DNA of 64,000 nt from Candidatus Eiseniibacteriota bacterium. Lineage in GTDB: Bacteria; Eisenbacteria; RBG-16-71-46. The notes beneath the pieces are model-generated. The model was not told the origin of the DNA. It saw only the letters and a program-made list of their open reading frames with translations, and did no database searches. The position numbers and the translations under genes are program-made. The DNA lies in contig CAVSAC010000014.1 in NCBI GenBank assembly GCA_963725865.1, positions 640,001-704,000 on the forward strand. The letters run 5' to 3'. Below, in pieces: positions 41,249 to 50,661 of the stretch. Numbering within the stretch: position 1 is the stretch's first letter; each line of letters starts with the position of its first letter.

Positions 41249-41656
41249 CTAGCGGGCGGCGCTCCGCTTCGGGGGCGCGGCGCGTTTTGCCTGCGCGCGT
41301 GCGGCCGCTTCCCGGGCGCGGAACTTCACGATGCGCTCGATCAGTTTCCCGGGCACCGGCTCCGAGAGCGGGAAGCGGATCGTGCCCTTGCTGATCCGGT
41401 ACGGCGCCAGCTCGTCCCCGAGCGTCTCGACGAGCAGCCCGGTGGCCGGATAGAGCGAGTAGTGCTGCTTCCACCCGGCGAAGTAGATCACGACGCTTCC
41501 GTGCAGCTTGTACGCGGGGATCTGGTAGCTGATCGTCTCCTCGGCGCCGGGCATGGCCTTGCGGATGATGCCGCGGACGCGCCGCAGGATCATCTGCACG
41601 GCCTTCGGCTGCGTCGCGATGTACGCGGCCACCGACTCGACTTTGCTCCTGGCCAT
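41249..41656 (-). CDS. DUF1801/YdhG-like protein
   Basis: AEETISYQIPAY, FAGWKQHYSLYP and SKGTIRFP. Confidence 0.85.
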   Translation of the reverse strand: MARSKVESVAAYIATQPKAVQMILRRVRGIIRKAMPGAEETISYQIPAYKLHGSVVIYFAGWKQHYSLYPATGLLVETLGDELAPYRISKGTIRFPLSEPVPGKLIERIVKFRAREAAARAQAKRAAPPKRSAAR

Positions 41657-41710
41657 CGTGACCTCGATTTCCGTGCGGCGAGCCGCGTCATGGGAGGCTC
41701 GCGTGGAACC

Positions 41711-42130
41711 TCATCCCCGGCCCCTGCGGCTCATGCGCTCCATCAGGAAGAACAGCAGCATCAGCGCCGGCGCGGCCCCGATCGCCCAGTACGGCAGGTA
41801 CGTGGACACGAGCGCTCCCTGAGCAGGCCGCTCGGCGACTCCGCGGGTGTGCATGACCCAGGTGACGACGGCGATGATCACCGACGCCGCGAGCAGGAAC
41901 CACTGCAGTCCTGCGTACGCGCGCAGCCGCTCGCGACGTCGCCAGAGGAAGAGGCCCCACAGGTTCAAGACCCCGAAGCTGGCCAGGCACACGACGGCCG
42001 AGACCGGGTCCTTCCCCAGTAGAACCAGCCCGAGTATCAACAGCCAGAGCGTGCAGCCGAACTGGCCCCCAAACCAGCCTCCGGCGTTCCAGGCGAACGA
42101 AGTCGGTGCGGACTCGTGGTGATTGTTCAT
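41711..42130 (-). CDS. hypothetical 4-TM membrane protein
   Basis: GGAGG RBS; WNAGGWFGGQFG; hydrophobic helices. Confidence 0.7.
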   Translation of the reverse strand: MNNHHESAPTSFAWNAGGWFGGQFGCTLWLLILGLVLLGKDPVSAVVCLASFGVLNLWGLFLWRRRERLRAYAGLQWFLLAASVIIAVVTWVMHTRGVAERPAQGALVSTYLPYWAIGAAPALMLLFFLMERMSRRGRG

Positions 42131-42175
42131 GCGGCTGCACCTCCATGGGCTCGGCGCTGGAGTCGAGCGGCCGTC

Positions 42176-43099
42176 CTATCGGCCCCGGTACACATCCGTG
42201 CTCAGGTACTTCAGGCCGGAGTCACCCATCAGCGTGACCACCTTGCCACCGGACCCCAGCCGCTCGGCCACTCGGATCGCGGCGACGACGTTGGCGCCGG
42301 ACGACGTCCCCGCGAACAGCGCCTCCTCCCGCGCGAGGCGCCGGGCCATGTCCTTCGCGTCGGCGGTGCTGACGGCGAGGATCTCGTCCACGAGCGTCGG
42401 CTCCCAGAGTGGAGGCGTGTAGCCGATCCCGACGCCTTCGATCTTGTGAGGCCCGGGCTGGCCTCCGAGCAACACCGAGGACTCCGCGGGCTCGACGACG
42501 ACGAGCTGGACCCTTGGCTGGTGTCGCTTCAGCACCGTGGCGACTCCACGCGACGTGGCCGCGGTGCCCACGCAGTGAACGAAGGCGTCGACCTCGCCGT
42601 TCGTCTGACTCCAGATCTCCTCGCCCAGCGGGTGGTAGCCCGCGATGCTGTCCTGGTTGTTGAGCTGGTCGGTCCAGAACGTGTGCGGCTCCCGGCTCAA
42701 GCCGCGGGCGACCTCGATCATGTCGAGGATCAGCTTCTTGGTGGTGAGGCCGCCCTCGCTGGGGACGAGCGTCAACTCCGCGCCCAGCGCCGCCATGTGA
42801 TCCAGCTTCTCCCGGCTGAACGCGTCGGAGCTGACGATCTTGAGTCGGTAGCCCTTCGCGGCGCAGACCAATGCCAGCGAGGTCCCCGTGCTGCCACCCG
42901 TGTACTCGACCACGGTGTCGCCGGGCTTCAGTCGACCGTCCGCTTCCGCCCGCGAGATCACGGCCTGCGCCATCCGGTCCTTGACGCTGCCGGTGGGGTT
43001 CTCCCACTCGAGCTTCACGAAGACGTCCGCGCAGTTCGGTGGAACGACCTTGCGCAGTCGGACGATCGAGGTGTTGCCGATGGCGTGGAGGATGTCCAT
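42176..43099 (-). CDS. PLP-dependent cysteine synthase family protein
   Basis: KLEWENPTGSVKDR, HKIEGVG and GTSSGANV. Confidence 0.92.
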   Translation of the reverse strand: MDILHAIGNTSIVRLRKVVPPNCADVFVKLEWENPTGSVKDRMAQAVISRAEADGRLKPGDTVVEYTGGSTGTSLALVCAAKGYRLKIVSSDAFSREKLDHMAALGAELTLVPSEGGLTTKKLILDMIEVARGLSREPHTFWTDQLNNQDSIAGYHPLGEEIWSQTNGEVDAFVHCVGTAATSRGVATVLKRHQPRVQLVVVEPAESSVLLGGQPGPHKIEGVGIGYTPPLWEPTLVDEILAVSTADAKDMARRLAREEALFAGTSSGANVVAAIRVAERLGSGGKVVTLMGDSGLKYLSTDVYRGR

Positions 43100-43208
43100 G
43101 GTCAGACCGGCGGCTGGACCAGGCGAATGGGATTAACGCAGGCGTCCTCATGTTAGCCGGCATGTTTCTCCGCCAAATGAAGCTCCGGAGCGCCATCTCC
43201 TCCTTCCG

Positions 43209-43838
43209 CTACGCGCAGGGCTCCGCGCCCTCGAAGAACTCGACCACGCCCGTCTCCAGCGAGTATTCGGCCCCGATCACGATCAGGCCCTCGTCCTCGA
43301 TGAGCTGCTCCAGGATCTCCGAGCCGTGCCGCAGATGGCTCACCGAGACGCCCACGTTCGCGCGCACCGCGTGGCGCACCAGCGCGTCGAGGTCGTGCCG
43401 CAGCTCGGTCCCGAGCAGGCCTTCCACCGAGGGGCGGATGCGGTCGACGATCGAGCGCAGATTGCGCGACCGGTCGGTGGAGGGCTGCTGGAGCTCCTCG
43501 AGCGTGGCGAGCACGGCGCCGCACTGCGAGTGCCCGAGCACCACCACCAGCCGGGTGCCGTAGCGCGCCGCCGCGAACTCGACGCTGCCCACCTGGGAGG
43601 GCGACACGATGTTGCCCGCGACGCGGATCACGAACAGGTCGCCGAGCCCCTGATCGAACACCAGCTCCGCCGGCACCCGTGAGTCCGAGCAGCCGAGGAT
43701 GATCGCGAACGGCTCCTGGCCCTTCGCCAGCTCCTCGCGGCGGGAGTGAACCGGCTCCGCGCCCGGGCTCTGCAGGCCCGATGCGAACCGACGATTCCCT
43801 TCGCGGAGGCGCTCGAGTGCTTCGTGGGCAGGGATCAT
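43209..43838 (-). CDS. beta-class carbonic anhydrase
   Basis: GCSDSRV, RVAGN and GHSQCGAV zinc ligands. Confidence 0.95.
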   Translation of the reverse strand: MIPAHEALERLREGNRRFASGLQSPGAEPVHSRREELAKGQEPFAIILGCSDSRVPAELVFDQGLGDLFVIRVAGNIVSPSQVGSVEFAAARYGTRLVVVLGHSQCGAVLATLEELQQPSTDRSRNLRSIVDRIRPSVEGLLGTELRHDLDALVRHAVRANVGVSVSHLRHGSEILEQLIEDEGLIVIGAEYSLETGVVEFFEGAEPCA

Positions 43839-43920
43839 GGGTGGAGCAGGGTCTCCCGGGTGCCTGACGGGGCTTCGGCGTTCGCGGCCCTCGCGGCGCG
43901 AAGGGGTAGCACGCGGACGC

Positions 43921-46278
43921 CTACCGCGTCACGGCGACTCGATGGGTGCGCGCTTCGCGGTCCGCCTCGAGCCGCAGGAAGTAGAGTCCCGCCGGAACCC
44001 GCCGCCCGGCGCCGTCCTCGAGGTTCCAGACCGCGCGATAGACGCCGGGCTGGAACGTGGCGTCCACGAGGGTGCGAATGCGCCGTCCGAGCGCATCGTA
44101 GATCACGATGCGCGCCGGGCCTTCGCGCGGCAGCGCGAAGCGCACCTCGCTGCCGAGCCGGGTCGGATTCGGTCGCGGCGAGTCGAACTCCAACGCGAGC
44201 GGCACGCGCGCGCCGTCGACCGCCGACCAGATCGGGACCTGGAACCAGAGCGCGTTGCGATCGAGCTTGAAGCGCGGCGTGTACGCCCCGGCCTCGTCGA
44301 TTCCGACCACGCAGAAGACGTATTCCTGCTGCGGCGTCAGGTGGCTGAACTGTACGAAGGCCGAATCGGCCGAGAGCGAGTCCCATCCCGCGAACTCCGG
44401 CGCGAACAGCCTGGCGAGCGAGTCCGGATACGTGCGGAGGAACTGGACCAGATCGAGCGTCGGCAGCGGGAACGGTGAATTCCGGAGGAACAGCCGGAAC
44501 TTGTACTTGACCGGCTTGTCGGTGAAATACCCGTCCGCGTCGAGACCCTGCCACGTGATCCGCTGGTCGAGCGAGGTCACGGCGCGAGTGCTGTCGGGTT
44601 GGGGCGAGTTGATCCATGCGTCGGGAGCGAGATTCGAGGCCGCAAGGTGCCGGGCCAGGGGTGCGGACTCGAGCCCATCGTTGTCGACCGACTTGAGCAC
44701 CAGGGTGTGAGGAGAAAGGAACGTGAAGGGCCCCACGGCCGGCAGCGGCTCGGCCGGGACGTTCGCGAGGAAGAAGATGGTCTGCGTCGTGGCCGTGGTC
44801 TGCACCCAGTACGTGTCCGGCTGGGCCACGCCCGGATCGATCGCATACAGGAAGTGGTCCACCGTTCCATCGAGGTCCGATCCAGCCCAGCGGAATCGCT
44901 GCACGTAGTTGACGGTGTCGCCTTCGGCCGGCGCGAGGACGAACTCGACCGTGGGCGGCATGCCGACGCGCACCGGCATCTCGAGCTGCACGCTCCACAG
45001 ATCGTTGAGTAGACCGGACTGCGCTTCCGCGCGACCGTTGCCGCCGAACAGCCGGGCGCCGAGCGAGGGCGTGTACCAGGCGACCATGTTGGTTCGATTG
45101 CCCGGGACGTTCGCGGGCGCGGGCACGCCCAGGGTTCCGTAGACTCCGTTGGCGGCCGCGAACTTGGATCCACTGACCCAGGTCCACCAGTCTCCGTCGA
45201 ACACCCAGAGCGCATTGCCGCCGCCGCCGAACACCCACACGTGATCGTCGACATCGGCCCACGCCACCGGTCGTGCGCGCGACGGCGGCTCGTTGAGCGG
45301 AGAGGGCACCCCGAGGGCGCCGTAGGAGCCGACGCGGTTGCAGAATTCCGAGCCGCTCACCCACGTCCACAGCGATCCGTCGAAGCGCCACAGGTCATTC
45401 AGGGTCGAATTGCCCGAGCCGGCGTCGAATCCCGAGCCTCCGTACATCCACAGGCCGCCCCCCTGGCGCCGGAACAGCGCGCATCCGGAGCGCCCTCCCG
45501 GCCGGTTCGACGCGGCGGCCACGCCGCGTGTGCCGTAGCTGCCCCAGCTGCCGTCGTTCAAGGGACCGGAGCGAAGCGTCCACGAAGTCCCGTCGAAACT
45601 CCACAGATCGCCGTAGCTCACGACCTCGTTGACGGGTCCCCGCACGCGCAGTCCCGTTCCGCCGAACAGCCACAGGGTGCCGGCGGAATCGAGGACGGCC
45701 CCGCACGAAGTGCGCGCGCCCGGGTAGCTCGTGGAGCCCGAGTCGCCGACGAACTTCGATCCTCCCATCCAGGTCCACGTGCCCGCCGAGAATCGCCAGA
45801 GGTCGTTGAGCGGACCGGGGGCCGGGAGCGGTGGTGCGAGCGTGCCGTACCCCTCACCTCCGAACAGCCACACGTCGCCGAGCGAGTCGACCCACATCGC
45901 GCCGCCTCGGCGCGCGCACGGCACACCCGGGCTTCCGATCGCCACGTAGGTGCCCGTTCCGTTGCGGGCGCTGGTGCCGGAGAGGCAGGTCCACTGCGCT
46001 CCATCGTGGCGCCACAGGTCGCTGAGGTAGCCCACCTGCGCCGTGCCGTAGCCGAACCCTCCGAACAGGTAGAGCCGGTCGCTCGCATCGACGGCGTTCT
46101 CCGCCAGCTCGCGCGCGCCGGGCTGACCCGGCGAGGTGTAGACCCCGATCGCGTTGGGTGTCTTGGCTCCGCCGAGCCAGGTCCACTGGGGCAGGGCCGA
46201 AGCGGATCCGGGCGGCATGCAGAGCAAGATCGCGAATGCGAAGGTGGACACGCGAGACGCGCGGCGGCTCGATGACAT
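43921..46278 (-). CDS. secreted Kelch-repeat protein with C-terminal FlgD-Ig/T9SS-like sorting domain
   Basis: GGAGG RBS; signal peptide; repeated PGxR..LxLFGG..DLW..WTW blades; tail PRPNP..IYDALGRRIRTL..W..G.YFLRL. Confidence 0.85.
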   Translation of the reverse strand: MSSSRRASRVSTFAFAILLCMPPGSASALPQWTWLGGAKTPNAIGVYTSPGQPGARELAENAVDASDRLYLFGGFGYGTAQVGYLSDLWRHDGAQWTCLSGTSARNGTGTYVAIGSPGVPCARRGGAMWVDSLGDVWLFGGEGYGTLAPPLPAPGPLNDLWRFSAGTWTWMGGSKFVGDSGSTSYPGARTSCGAVLDSAGTLWLFGGTGLRVRGPVNEVVSYGDLWSFDGTSWTLRSGPLNDGSWGSYGTRGVAAASNRPGGRSGCALFRRQGGGLWMYGGSGFDAGSGNSTLNDLWRFDGSLWTWVSGSEFCNRVGSYGALGVPSPLNEPPSRARPVAWADVDDHVWVFGGGGNALWVFDGDWWTWVSGSKFAAANGVYGTLGVPAPANVPGNRTNMVAWYTPSLGARLFGGNGRAEAQSGLLNDLWSVQLEMPVRVGMPPTVEFVLAPAEGDTVNYVQRFRWAGSDLDGTVDHFLYAIDPGVAQPDTYWVQTTATTQTIFFLANVPAEPLPAVGPFTFLSPHTLVLKSVDNDGLESAPLARHLAASNLAPDAWINSPQPDSTRAVTSLDQRITWQGLDADGYFTDKPVKYKFRLFLRNSPFPLPTLDLVQFLRTYPDSLARLFAPEFAGWDSLSADSAFVQFSHLTPQQEYVFCVVGIDEAGAYTPRFKLDRNALWFQVPIWSAVDGARVPLALEFDSPRPNPTRLGSEVRFALPREGPARIVIYDALGRRIRTLVDATFQPGVYRAVWNLEDGAGRRVPAGLYFLRLEADREARTHRVAVTR

Positions 46279-46419
46279 GGGTCCTCCGAGGATCCGCGAC
46301 GACCGGCCGACGGAAGTCGGCGCCCATGGCGGAGCGCATAGCTGCAAATGCAGATGGAGATCGTGACCCAATAAGTCTAGGGCCAAGCCGGGATCGGGCA
46401 AGGACTGATGCGGGTGGGG

Positions 46420-46493
46420 CCGACGATTCCTCGCTTGCACGCGGTCGAGGGCCTCGCGGGCCGGGATGATCGGGGGTGAGGGCGCTCCCGGGT
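46420..46493 (-). pseudogene. 74-bp relic of a carbonic anhydrase 5' end (direct repeat of 43788-43861)
   Basis: 54/74 identical by manual gapless alignment; encodes IIPAREALDRVQARNRR versus MIPAHEALERLREGNRR. Confidence 0.7.
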
Positions 46494-46527
46494 ATGAAGC
46501 CCGCACCCCACTCTGCACCTGCCGCTT

Positions 46528-47367
46528 CTAGTCGGCGTGCGGCTTGAACACCGCTCGAAACGCCCTGAGAGCCGCCGGATGGTAGATCGTCGCGTGCTTC
46601 TCTTCGGGCATCGGCTCGTAGTGCCAGTGCAGGCTCGGCGGCGCGTCCCTGGCGAGGGTGACCGCGAGCCGTTGCAGGATCCGTGCGTTCTCTTTCTCTT
46701 CGCTGCTGGCGAAGTAGAGCGTCTTCTCGGAGTTCGTGAGCGAGCGCAGGTGCTCCGCCGCCCCATCGACGAGCTTCTGATCGTTCCACCACACGCTCGG
46801 GTCGAACGCGAGATAGGTGTCGAACAGGTCCGGCTCGAGCAGGAACGTCTCCACCACGAACAGCCCGGCGAGCGACTCACCCACGATCGCGGTCTCGCCG
46901 GTCGTGCGATAGCGCGCCTTCACCTGCGGCATCAGCTCCTGACGGATGAACGCCCGGAAGGCCGCCGAGCCGCCGACGCGCGGCGCGATCTTCTTGTCGT
47001 TCGCGTTCTCCGTGGGCCCGGTCATGTCGCGGCGACGCTGCGTGTTCTCGATGCCCACGAGGATGAACGGCCGCATCGTGCCGTTGCCGACCGAGACCTG
47101 CACGAGGCCGGCCACGTGCAGGAAGTCTTCGGCCATGCCGCCATCGGGCATGTAGAGCACCGGAAGCCGCACGGCGGAGGATTCGGCATAGGCAGGCGGG
47201 AGGTAGACGTTGATGCGCCGTGTCTCGCTCAGGAGCTTGGAGTCGATCGTGAAGGTCTCGCCGATGACCAACGGCGATGCGGGTGCTGTCGCGACGGCAG
47301 AGATGCTGAGCCGCGGACCGAGCAGCACGCACAGGAGCGTGAAGAAGAAGATGCGAGACCGGGTCAC
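46528..47367 (-). CDS. secreted alpha/beta hydrolase (IroE/Fes-like esterase)
   Basis: AGGAGG RBS plus GTG; RRINVYLP, PVLYMPDG and GESLAG nucleophile elbow. Confidence 0.88.
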   Translation of the reverse strand: MTRSRIFFFTLLCVLLGPRLSISAVATAPASPLVIGETFTIDSKLLSETRRINVYLPPAYAESSAVRLPVLYMPDGGMAEDFLHVAGLVQVSVGNGTMRPFILVGIENTQRRRDMTGPTENANDKKIAPRVGGSAAFRAFIRQELMPQVKARYRTTGETAIVGESLAGLFVVETFLLEPDLFDTYLAFDPSVWWNDQKLVDGAAEHLRSLTNSEKTLYFASSEEKENARILQRLAVTLARDAPPSLHWHYEPMPEEKHATIYHPAALRAFRAVFKPHAD

Positions 47368-47462
47368 GCCGATGCCTCCTCGATCAGATGCGAGGTGATG
47401 CCACCGCCCGCGGGGACTCACCACGGGTCGAACTCGGCCTTGGAAGTTCCGTGAGCCCGGCT

Positions 47463-47624
47463 CTAGGCGCCGCGCACGTAACGCACCTGGAAGCGATGCC
47501 CTGCCAGACGCAGCGCATGCGTCTTCTCCGACACACTCCCGTCCAGGTACGCCGTCGGATCACGATCGAGCAGATCCCGACCCGCTTGATGCAGGGCGGC
47601 GAGTAGTTTCACCGGTGGCAGCAT
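47463..47624 (-). CDS. 53-aa hypothetical protein or gene fragment (not in the ORF track)
   Basis: GAGGAGG RBS; MLPPVKLLAALHQAGRDLLDRDPTAYLDGSVSEKTHALRLAGHRFQVRYVRGA. Confidence 0.4.
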   Translation of the reverse strand: MLPPVKLLAALHQAGRDLLDRDPTAYLDGSVSEKTHALRLAGHRFQVRYVRGA

Positions 47625-47717
47625 CGCGCGCCTCCTCGCGGGCCGTCGTTGTCCGACGCTCGAGCCGTTGCGATTGCGAAGCCGGCAGGATGCCCGGACT
47701 CACCAGCGAATGGCCAG
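47624..47717. repeat. 94-bp direct repeat, copy 1
   Basis: 80/94 identical to 49692-49785 by manual gapless alignment. Confidence 0.85.
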
Positions 47718-47728
47718 AGGATTGCAGC

Positions 47729-48148
47729 CTAGCGATCCGGCCCGGCGACCGGCCGAGGGACGGCCCGCTGCATCCCGAGGTTGGATTGCGGACCGACGAA
47801 CCCGCGGAAGATCAGCCCCGCGAGCGCACCCGTCGCCACGACAGCAATCCAGTCCGTTGCGACCGGCTCCAGGCCCCCCGTCAACGCCGGTACTGCCGCC
47901 ACGAGCGACGCGATCACCGAGCCCAGCACCGCATAGGTGGGCCAATTCGTCCAACCCCGACGCCGAAGCAGCATGTGGATCGGCAGCCCGAGCAGCAGGG
48001 CGCCCACGTAGCCGAACGGGACATAGAGGACCACGACCAGCGGCAGATCCGACAGCTTCGGCACCCAGCCTCTCATGATCGTCCCCAGGATCATCCCGGG
48101 GATCGTCGCAAGCGGCGGCGCCAGGAGTACGGCGAGGAAGAGTCGCAT
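47729..48148 (-). CDS. hypothetical 4-TM membrane protein
   Basis: AAAGGA RBS; hydrophobic helices. Confidence 0.7.
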   Translation of the reverse strand: MRLFLAVLLAPPLATIPGMILGTIMRGWVPKLSDLPLVVVLYVPFGYVGALLLGLPIHMLLRRRGWTNWPTYAVLGSVIASLVAAVPALTGGLEPVATDWIAVVATGALAGLIFRGFVGPQSNLGMQRAVPRPVAGPDR

Positions 48149-48212
48149 CGTCCTTTCCGTAAGGCTGACCGCGTGGGCATCACCCGCGGGAGCGGGCCGC
48201 CGGTTCGCATGC

Positions 48213-48980
48213 CTATGGACCGATCAGCCCCATGTCGGTTCCGGAGGAGTCCTTGAAGTAGCCGAAGCATGCCATGCCCGGGATCCGCATCGGGTCGCCG
48301 TTCCGCTGGCCGCCCGAGGCTTCGATCTGCGCCATCGTCGCGTCGACATCCGCGACGTAGACGTACGCGACCGCGGGCAGGGCGGGAGTGTGCGACTGGA
48401 ACACGCCGCCGATGCCGGCTCCGGGATCGAACGCCACGTACTGCGGCATGGTCGCGAGCGTGCCCCAGCCGAACTGCTCGCCAAAGAAGCGGGCTGCCGC
48501 GGCGCCATCGGCCGCATACATCTCCAGGCTGCAGATCGTGCTCGCCGGCGGCTTGGGATTGGACCCGAACGGCATGGGCACGTGCGGCATTCCGCCGGGC
48601 GGCAGGGCGTCGGCCAATCCGTAGATCGTGCCCGACGCGTCCTTGAATCGCGCGAGCTTGCCGACCATCGGGATGCTCCACGGCGCGCGCTCGATGGATC
48701 CGCCCGCCGCCACCGCGCGCTGAAGCGCCGCGTCGACGTCGTCGACGCCGATGAACGGCACCGCTGCGGGGAATCCCGCGGGGACGTTCGCGCGCAATGC
48801 CACGGCCGGACCGGACGGCAGCATGGCCACGGCCAGCTCCTTGGACAGCGATTGCGCGCGCCATCCGAACACCCTGGAGTAGAACGACGACGACGCTGCG
48901 AGGTCGCTGGCCGAGATCACGACCAGCGGGATCGGGTGCTTGCCGCTGCCGCGCGGAACGGCGGGGGTTTCAGCGCTCAT
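48213..48980 (-). CDS. tandem VOC/glyoxalase family protein
   Basis: Two repeats of FY..FGW..V.DVDA..GG..IP..F.D.SG. Confidence 0.88.
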   Translation of the reverse strand: MSAETPAVPRGSGKHPIPLVVISASDLAASSSFYSRVFGWRAQSLSKELAVAMLPSGPAVALRANVPAGFPAAVPFIGVDDVDAALQRAVAAGGSIERAPWSIPMVGKLARFKDASGTIYGLADALPPGGMPHVPMPFGSNPKPPASTICSLEMYAADGAAAARFFGEQFGWGTLATMPQYVAFDPGAGIGGVFQSHTPALPAVAYVYVADVDATMAQIEASGGQRNGDPMRIPGMACFGYFKDSSGTDMGLIGP

Positions 48981-49052
48981 CGGTGGTGCTCCGGAGTGGG
49001 GAGTGGTCGCGTCACGGTCGGTTCGAGAGGGGTTGGGGATCGAGTCACGCGT

Positions 49053-49634
49053 TCAGTCCCGGACCACTCGCAGCGGCTTCGCGTCCGGCACGACGGCTCG
49101 TTCGGCGGGCTCCCACCCGCGCCCGGGTGAAGGCTCCACGGCGGCGTACTCGTCGAGCGGCGGCGCCTTCGGAACTTGGTCTTCGCGGACCCGGTGCACA
49201 CGGACCCGGCGCCCGAGCGTCCGGTCCGGCAGGATCACGAGCGTGCCCACCATGGTGTCGCCGGCGACCTTGAACGCCCAGATCCCGTGCGTCTGCCGGA
49301 TTCGGAAGTCACAGCTGAGCGAGTCGCCCGCACCCGAGACGATGAACTCGAGCTTGCCCATCGGCACCCGCTCGCCCTCGATCACCTTGTCGGCGAGCAG
49401 CGTCACGCGTCGCGGCTGCCCGTCGACCACCACGAAGCGGTAGACGACCTCTTCGTTCTTACAGGCGGGACGATTCCCCACGCAGGTCGAGCTGCCGGTC
49501 CACGTGCCGAGGATCGTCGCGGCCGGGGCGTTCGCGGACCCGTGCGGCGTCCTCGCCGACGCCGCGGTTGTGACGCACGCGGCGATGGCCAGCACTGCGA
49601 AGAGCGACAATGGCTGTCGCCGCGTCACGGACAT
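49053..49634 (-). CDS. hypothetical secreted protein
   Basis: Signal peptide; GTWTGSSTC..PACKNEEVVY. Confidence 0.6.
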   Translation of the reverse strand: MSVTRRQPLSLFAVLAIAACVTTAASARTPHGSANAPAATILGTWTGSSTCVGNRPACKNEEVVYRFVVVDGQPRRVTLLADKVIEGERVPMGKLEFIVSGAGDSLSCDFRIRQTHGIWAFKVAGDTMVGTLVILPDRTLGRRVRVHRVREDQVPKAPPLDEYAAVEPSPGRGWEPAERAVVPDAKPLRVVRD

Positions 49635-49691
49635 CGTGTGTTCGAGAACTCTCATAGGAGACCTCATGGATCGAACTCGGTCGTGGAAGTT

Positions 49692-49785
49692 TCGTGCGCC
49701 CACTCGCGGGCCGCCGTCGATCGACGCTTGAGCCGTCGCGATCGCGAAGCCGGCAGGATGCCCCGACTCACGGACGAATGGCCAG
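49692..49785. repeat. 94-bp direct repeat, copy 2
   Basis: Matches 47624-47717; includes the last codons and stop of the 49768-50073 gene. Confidence 0.85.
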
Positions 49786-50073
49786 CAGAAACGCCGCGGC
49801 ACCGACGAGCAGGGCGATTCCCAGAATGATGAAGGCGAGGCGCCGGCGCGTCGCACGGAGCGCCTCCAAGTTGGGCTCGTCGAGGTACAGGCGCTGCTCG
49901 CCCACTTCCCGCAGGACCTCGTGACGAAGCAGGATCCTGAACGCCAGCCCCTGGTGCAGCCCGAGCGCATCCGCAGTGGTCGCGCGATCCGGACTCGTGG
50001 CGCCGGCTGCGCGGAACGCGGCCACGATCTGCTTCTGCTTGAGAGCGACTGCGGCGGGAGCGACGACGGTCAT
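49768..50073 (-). CDS. hypothetical protein with C-terminal TM anchor
   Basis: GGAGG RBS; FRAAGATSPDRA..LYLDE followed by a hydrophobic helix. Confidence 0.65.
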   Translation of the reverse strand: MTVVAPAAVALKQKQIVAAFRAAGATSPDRATTADALGLHQGLAFRILLRHEVLREVGEQRLYLDEPNLEALRATRRRLAFIILGIALLVGAAAFLLAIRP

Positions 50074-50330
50074 GGGGTCCTCCGGTCCTTCAAGATCGAT
50101 AGGTGCGCGCTCCACGGACCGACCGCGTCGCCGTAGACCTTCGCCATCGTGCGGGCGACCTGCGCCACGTGATCGACGTCGTGGGCCTCCCACATCGCCA
50201 GCATCTGGTCGAGCGTAGCGGTTCCGCGCTCGGGATGCTGCCGTCTCGCCCGGAGCGCTTCTCGGTTCGGCGCGTCGAAGTGGAGTCGCTTGGCGCCGAC
50301 CCAGGTCAGTGGAACAGCTTCGGCGCGGTC
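50070..50330 (-). pseudogene. degenerate 3' remnant of a DinB-family gene
   Basis: HPERGTATLDQMLAMWEAHDVDHVAQVARTMAK..GPW..LSIL; no credible N-terminal half. Confidence 0.55.
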
Positions 50331-50594
50331 TCGAGCCACCAAGGGCTCCACCGGACACACGCGGCCAGCAGCTGCCCTGCGATCATCGCTGGAAGGCCAG
50401 CCCGATGGACAGGGCAGACCCGCCCGATCACGGCCCGATCGAACAGCGCGCCCCCGAGAATCAGAGCGTCCACCCCCGCATGGAACCACTCGGCATGATC
50501 GAGGGCCGGCATGCGACCAAACGCGGCGGCCGTCGGTGCGGCGGTCGCCAGCGCCTGCTCCGCGGGTTCGTTCACGCCACGGGTCTCCCTTTAC

Positions 50595-50648
50595 GCCTCA
50601 CATAGGCCATTACTTATGCATGCGTCAATAGGCACGACCGTGTTAGAT
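50595..50648 (-). mobile_element. degenerate terminal attC
   Basis: ATCTAAC 13 bp after the cupin stop, then GTGAGGC; weak internal symmetry. Confidence 0.35.
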
Positions 50649-50661
50649 GTCGGGCCTGAGC

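Noticed and set aside
43131..43158. GATTAAC..GTTAGCC between cysteine synthase and carbonic anhydrase as an attC
   Set aside because: Only 28 bp, with no L-box stems; too short for an attC
50306..50575. 89-aa ORF at the array boundary as a real gene
   Set aside because: No recognisable family and adjoins a decayed DinB remnant; probably degraded sequence
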